Assembly (NCBI GenBank): GCA_048128005.1
Contig: JBEUKZ010000016.1
Span: 619,358 to 639,357, forward strand
DNA from: Veleropilina oligotropha
Lineage: Eukaryota
Direction: 5' to 3'
DNA length: 20,000 bases
Under the pieces are notes generated by a model. The model was given only the letters and a program-made list of their open reading frames with translations, had not been told where the DNA came from and made no database searches. How positions within the stretch are numbered: position 1 is the first letter of the stretch; each line of letters starts with the position of its first letter. The position numbers were made by a program, and so were the translations under genes. Shown here one piece after another: positions 16,601-20,000 of this stretch.

Positions 16601-17786
16601 GCGCCCCATAAAGCTGACACACATATTCCGCGACGTCACACATTGTTGCTAAACTACGCATATTCTCTGACGTTACAAATAGTTCAAAACTTTGGCAAAC
16701 GATATTCATAGACGATAGTAATGGGTTTATAACGAACACAGAACATACATATTTCAATAACTTAGCTGCAATAGATATTTATCTAATGGAAAATAGTAAG
16801 AAACGGGGGACGGGATCCCCTACGAGATTAGCGAGTTGCGCATTACCGGAAGAGAGGAATAATTATGTTTCCTGTACGTAACGTCGATTTGTAATTCATA
16901 GTATGTTGTGGAGTTATCTGCCCTTTAAATCCGTTCTGTCTTTCACGTATACGGGTTAGTGTAAGCTCGCACTGCGGGCTCGTTAATATGTTGTAGGTGC
17001 TACCTAGAAACGAGCACTCAGATATGGCATATATATGTATATATACATATAATTATTAAAACTAATTACAATGTTTAAAACTAATATTTAATTTTATTAG
17101 CACAAACATATTATTAATTCTTCCAACTAGTTTATTGACATACTTGTATTGGCTCGATTGCCTTAGTTGTATCGATTGGTAAACTCCGCTCCGCTCCGCG
17201 AATTTACCGAATCATTATCTCGTTGCCAAGACGACACCCGACGAAGTCGATCAGCGCAATGATGTCACCGCATACGCCAGCCTGTACGCTAAGTTATAAT
17301 AATAATAATAATAATAATAATGCACTTTATTTAAAATCTCGATAAAACAGATAGGCTACAGACCTATTTTCATCAGTGTCGAGAGATATAACAATATAGA
17401 ACAACAATTATATGTACAACAGATAAATGACTAAAAAAAATATAAGAACAACAACTAACGGCAATTATAAATGTACACGAGATAAAAGATAATAGAAAAA
17501 AGATAAAATAAGATAAAAGATAAAATAAGATAAAAGAATAATAAAACACCATGCTGTGCTTGCTTGTCTAAACTCTGATACGAAGTGCGTGTAACATGCC
17601 GATTTAAAAGTTTTCAATAATGAAGAATTTCTTACAGACAGTGGCAAATCATTAAATGATTTCGGTCCATTAATTTTAAAACTTCTTTTGAACAGCTCGT
17701 TGCGAGAAAAGGGAATTGTTAAGCGAATGCCATTATCTGATGATCTAAGTGATCTTGCTGCCATATGCACACTTAAAAAAAGAGTA

Positions 17787-18528
17787 GAGTCAGTCTGTCT
17801 GTCCGCTATCTCCTCCGTAACCACTGGGCCGATCCTCACCAAAATTTGCAATTTCAATTTCAATTTTGACGAATTTTGTTTTTTATTATTAATTTTTACT
17901 TTTTGGCGAAAAATAAAAAATTTGCAAATTGTATGCAATTTGTAGTTGCCGAAAAATAAAGCAAAACATACAAAATATTCTATGTATATAAGTACACATT
18001 GTCAATTAATATGAGGGGCGAAGCACCTCCAAGGGACTGACCAAAAGTGACGCACAATTGTCGCCACTGCAGACAACGATATGAGGGGCGAAGCCCCTCC
18101 AAGGGACTGACCAAAAGTGACGCACAATTGTCGCCACTGCAGACAACGATATGAGGGGCGAAGCCCCACCAAGGGACTGACCAAAATTGACGCACAATTG
18201 TCGCCATTGCAGACAACGATATGAGGGGCGAAGCCCCTCCAAGGGAATCACCAAAAGTGACGCACAATTGTCGCCACTCCAGACAATGAACATGCTCATT
18301 GCAGCGAAACATTGCTTTTGACCAGAAACAGCACTCTCATTTGTAACATGTGCAGCTAATAACCTGTGTTCATAATTCGATAATTGCACAAACAATCATG
18401 ATTAAAGTACTGACCAACAACAAAATACACATTGTCAAATAATATGAGGGGCCAATCCCCTCCAATTGGGGCCGCAGGCCCCACGACGCTGAATTAGAGC
18501 TCCCGAAGGGAGCTCAATTCAGCTAGTA
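17787..18528 (+). mobile_element. Non-autonomous Helitron/Helentron-like (HINE/DINE-type) element
   Basis: 5' GTCTGTCTGTCC microsatellite (17793), central 70-bp tandem array, 3' hairpin GCTGAATTAGAGCTCCC-GAA-GGGAGCTCAATTCAGC (18488-18523) running into CTAGT. Confidence 0.7.
18009..18286 (+). repeat. 70-bp tandem repeat x4
   Basis: atgaggggcgaagc.cc.ccaaggga... starts at 18011, 18081, 18151 and 18221. A partial further copy lies near 18427-18465. Confidence 0.95.
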
Positions 18529-18628
18529 TCACATATATAAGAAGGAGCAAGGCCATGAATGCCCTTAAAAGCGAGTAAAACAGTATGATGTCACCGCATA
18601 CGCCAGCCTGTACGCTAAGTTGCTAATA

Positions 18629-19206
18629 GCCCAGTCACATTTCCCAAAAGATGCTCGCCCGAGGCTCCGTACGGCCACAATTTGCACATTCGGGGGATTC
18701 TCGGAGGATAGTCAGCCGATTCGGGCGAGCATCGTGCATTTTTTCGGTGTCTACCGACCTGTCGTTGCACTGTCTGCCTGAATTATAATTTTCCTACGCT
18801 CGGCAGACTGTCTTGAGAAATTCTGAATCGTTTACATATCGCCAGACCCTTACGCGACGCTCGTGCGACACTCGGGCTTTCTCGGACCCATTTTCAGCTG
18901 TTGTGCGACTCGAATTGTAAAGGATTTCCCGACACAAAGCTGTACAACTGATGTAGGGGCCTACAATTTTTGAAAGCACCACATATACCTGATGTACGGA
19001 CTGGGGATCGTCGGGCGAGCGTCGGCCGACTTCATAAAGCATCGGTCGACTCTCTACAGGTGATTGGCGGACGATCTGCCGTTTTGTAAGCGATTGTGTT
19101 CCTCCGACTGACACGAAAGCATCGGTTGTAGATCTTTTGATACATGACAGTGATTTTCCGCCGACTCCTCGTCGGTACGACATTTGGGCTAAATGTGACT
19201 CAGGCA
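18629..19206. mobile_element. Possible degenerate MITE
   Basis: Imperfect inverted ends gcccagtcacatttcccaaa versus tttgggctaaatgtgactcaggc. GC-richer interior. Confidence 0.45.
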
Positions 19207-19240
19207 TAAGGCATAACGCTTATCCGAGATTTGACATTAA

Positions 19241-19780
19241 AGCCGCGTTCTCACCGAGTTACAACTTGTCTATCGGTAAAAATTTAATCCGATACAGTTG
19301 TTCCCACCAAAGGTTCAAACGCCAGATTTAAATCGTTGGCAACTTTCCCATTAGTGTTACGGATATACGGATTAGATAACAGATGGCGACACTCGCGATC
19401 ACGTAACAGCATGCGAGATCTAACATGGCGGAGATCACAGCATTTGCCATAATGTTGGTTAACGTTTTACACCAAACACTAATAAAACTGACACTTTAAT
19501 CTTACTAATATTATAATTACTAATCGGCAACGACAACTCCGTGAACGACGGCGTCAGCCATTGGAGTCAAAAGGACAGATCCAATTCTCGCGAGATTTGG
19601 AGCGCCACCATGCGTCGATTTAAGACAACCACGTGTTCACATCGAATTATATCGATCGGCTTAACTTTTAAACCGTGTATTTTGGGAGGTTCAAATTTTA
19701 ATCCGATTACCCGATTTAGCGTGTTCACACCGAGTTTGAACCTACCGATAGATAAGTTGTAACTCGGTGAGAACACGACC
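19241..19780. mobile_element. PIF/Harbinger-type MITE with ~38-bp TIRs and TAA TSD
   Basis: Left agccgcgttctcaccgagttacaacttgtctatcggta versus right taccgatagataagttgtaactcggtgagaacacgacc. TAA at 19238-19240 and 19781-19783. Confidence 0.88.
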
Positions 19781-20000
19781 TAAAACTTCAGCGGAATTCA
19801 TTATTTATGACAGGCGCTACGCGCCTGTCATAAGCATGTTTAATGTGCAAGCGCTTGACACTCTTGACAAATAAAAAAATATCCTACCCATAAAGCTCCA
19901 TGTTTTTTGCAGAACCAAATCCCAGAATGCTTGAATTTCGGGTTTCCGTTTGGTTATACTCTAACAAAGGTAGGCCTAGACGATTTTGTTGCGAATTCAT

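Larger units (their letters stand above)
17296..18584 (-). mobile_element. 5'-truncated L2/CR1-type LINE with (TTA)n tail, split by a nested insertion and flanked by a 37-bp direct repeat
   Basis: ORF2 C-terminus LLAFKGIHGLAPSYICD (18528-18584) joined to TLFLSVHMAARSLRSS...FKRSFKINGPKSFNDLPLSVRNSSLLKTFK. AATAAA plus (TTA)n tail on the minus strand at 17296-17333. Confidence 0.82.

Noticed and set aside
18009..18286. CRISPR array or protein-coding ORFs (17980-18395, minus) in the 70-bp repeat
   Set aside because: Whole units are near-identical with no variable spacers. The ORFs are by-products of the repeat and cycle through frames because 70 is not a multiple of 3.

Overview
The window has two parts. 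Positions 1 to ~9998 are a GC-rich, gene-dense, intronless segment that reads as the right-hand part of an endogenous Polinton/Maverick-like (adintovirus/PLV-type) dsDNA virus. On the + strand it carries a probable major capsid protein, an A32/FtsK-type packaging ATPase, five small ORFs (several with membrane segments) and an rve/DDE integrase broken by one nonsense codon. Converging on these is a 1279-aa ORF that fuses an HeH-like N-terminus, an OTU-like protease domain, a divergent protein-primed PolB core with no recognisable exonuclease, a complete SF1 (RecD/Pif1-like) helicase and a C-terminal HNH nuclease. A Cys-rich ORF, an unannotated 53-aa (KAPA)n histone-H1-like ORF and a candidate Polinton-type terminus (...TCTACT at 9998) follow. 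Positions ~10000-20000 are AT-rich, animal-like host DNA with no intact genes: decayed RTE and L2/CR1-type LINE fragments, several MITEs and a non-autonomous Helentron-like element with a 70-bp tandem array. All family assignments come from motif recognition only; no searches were run.
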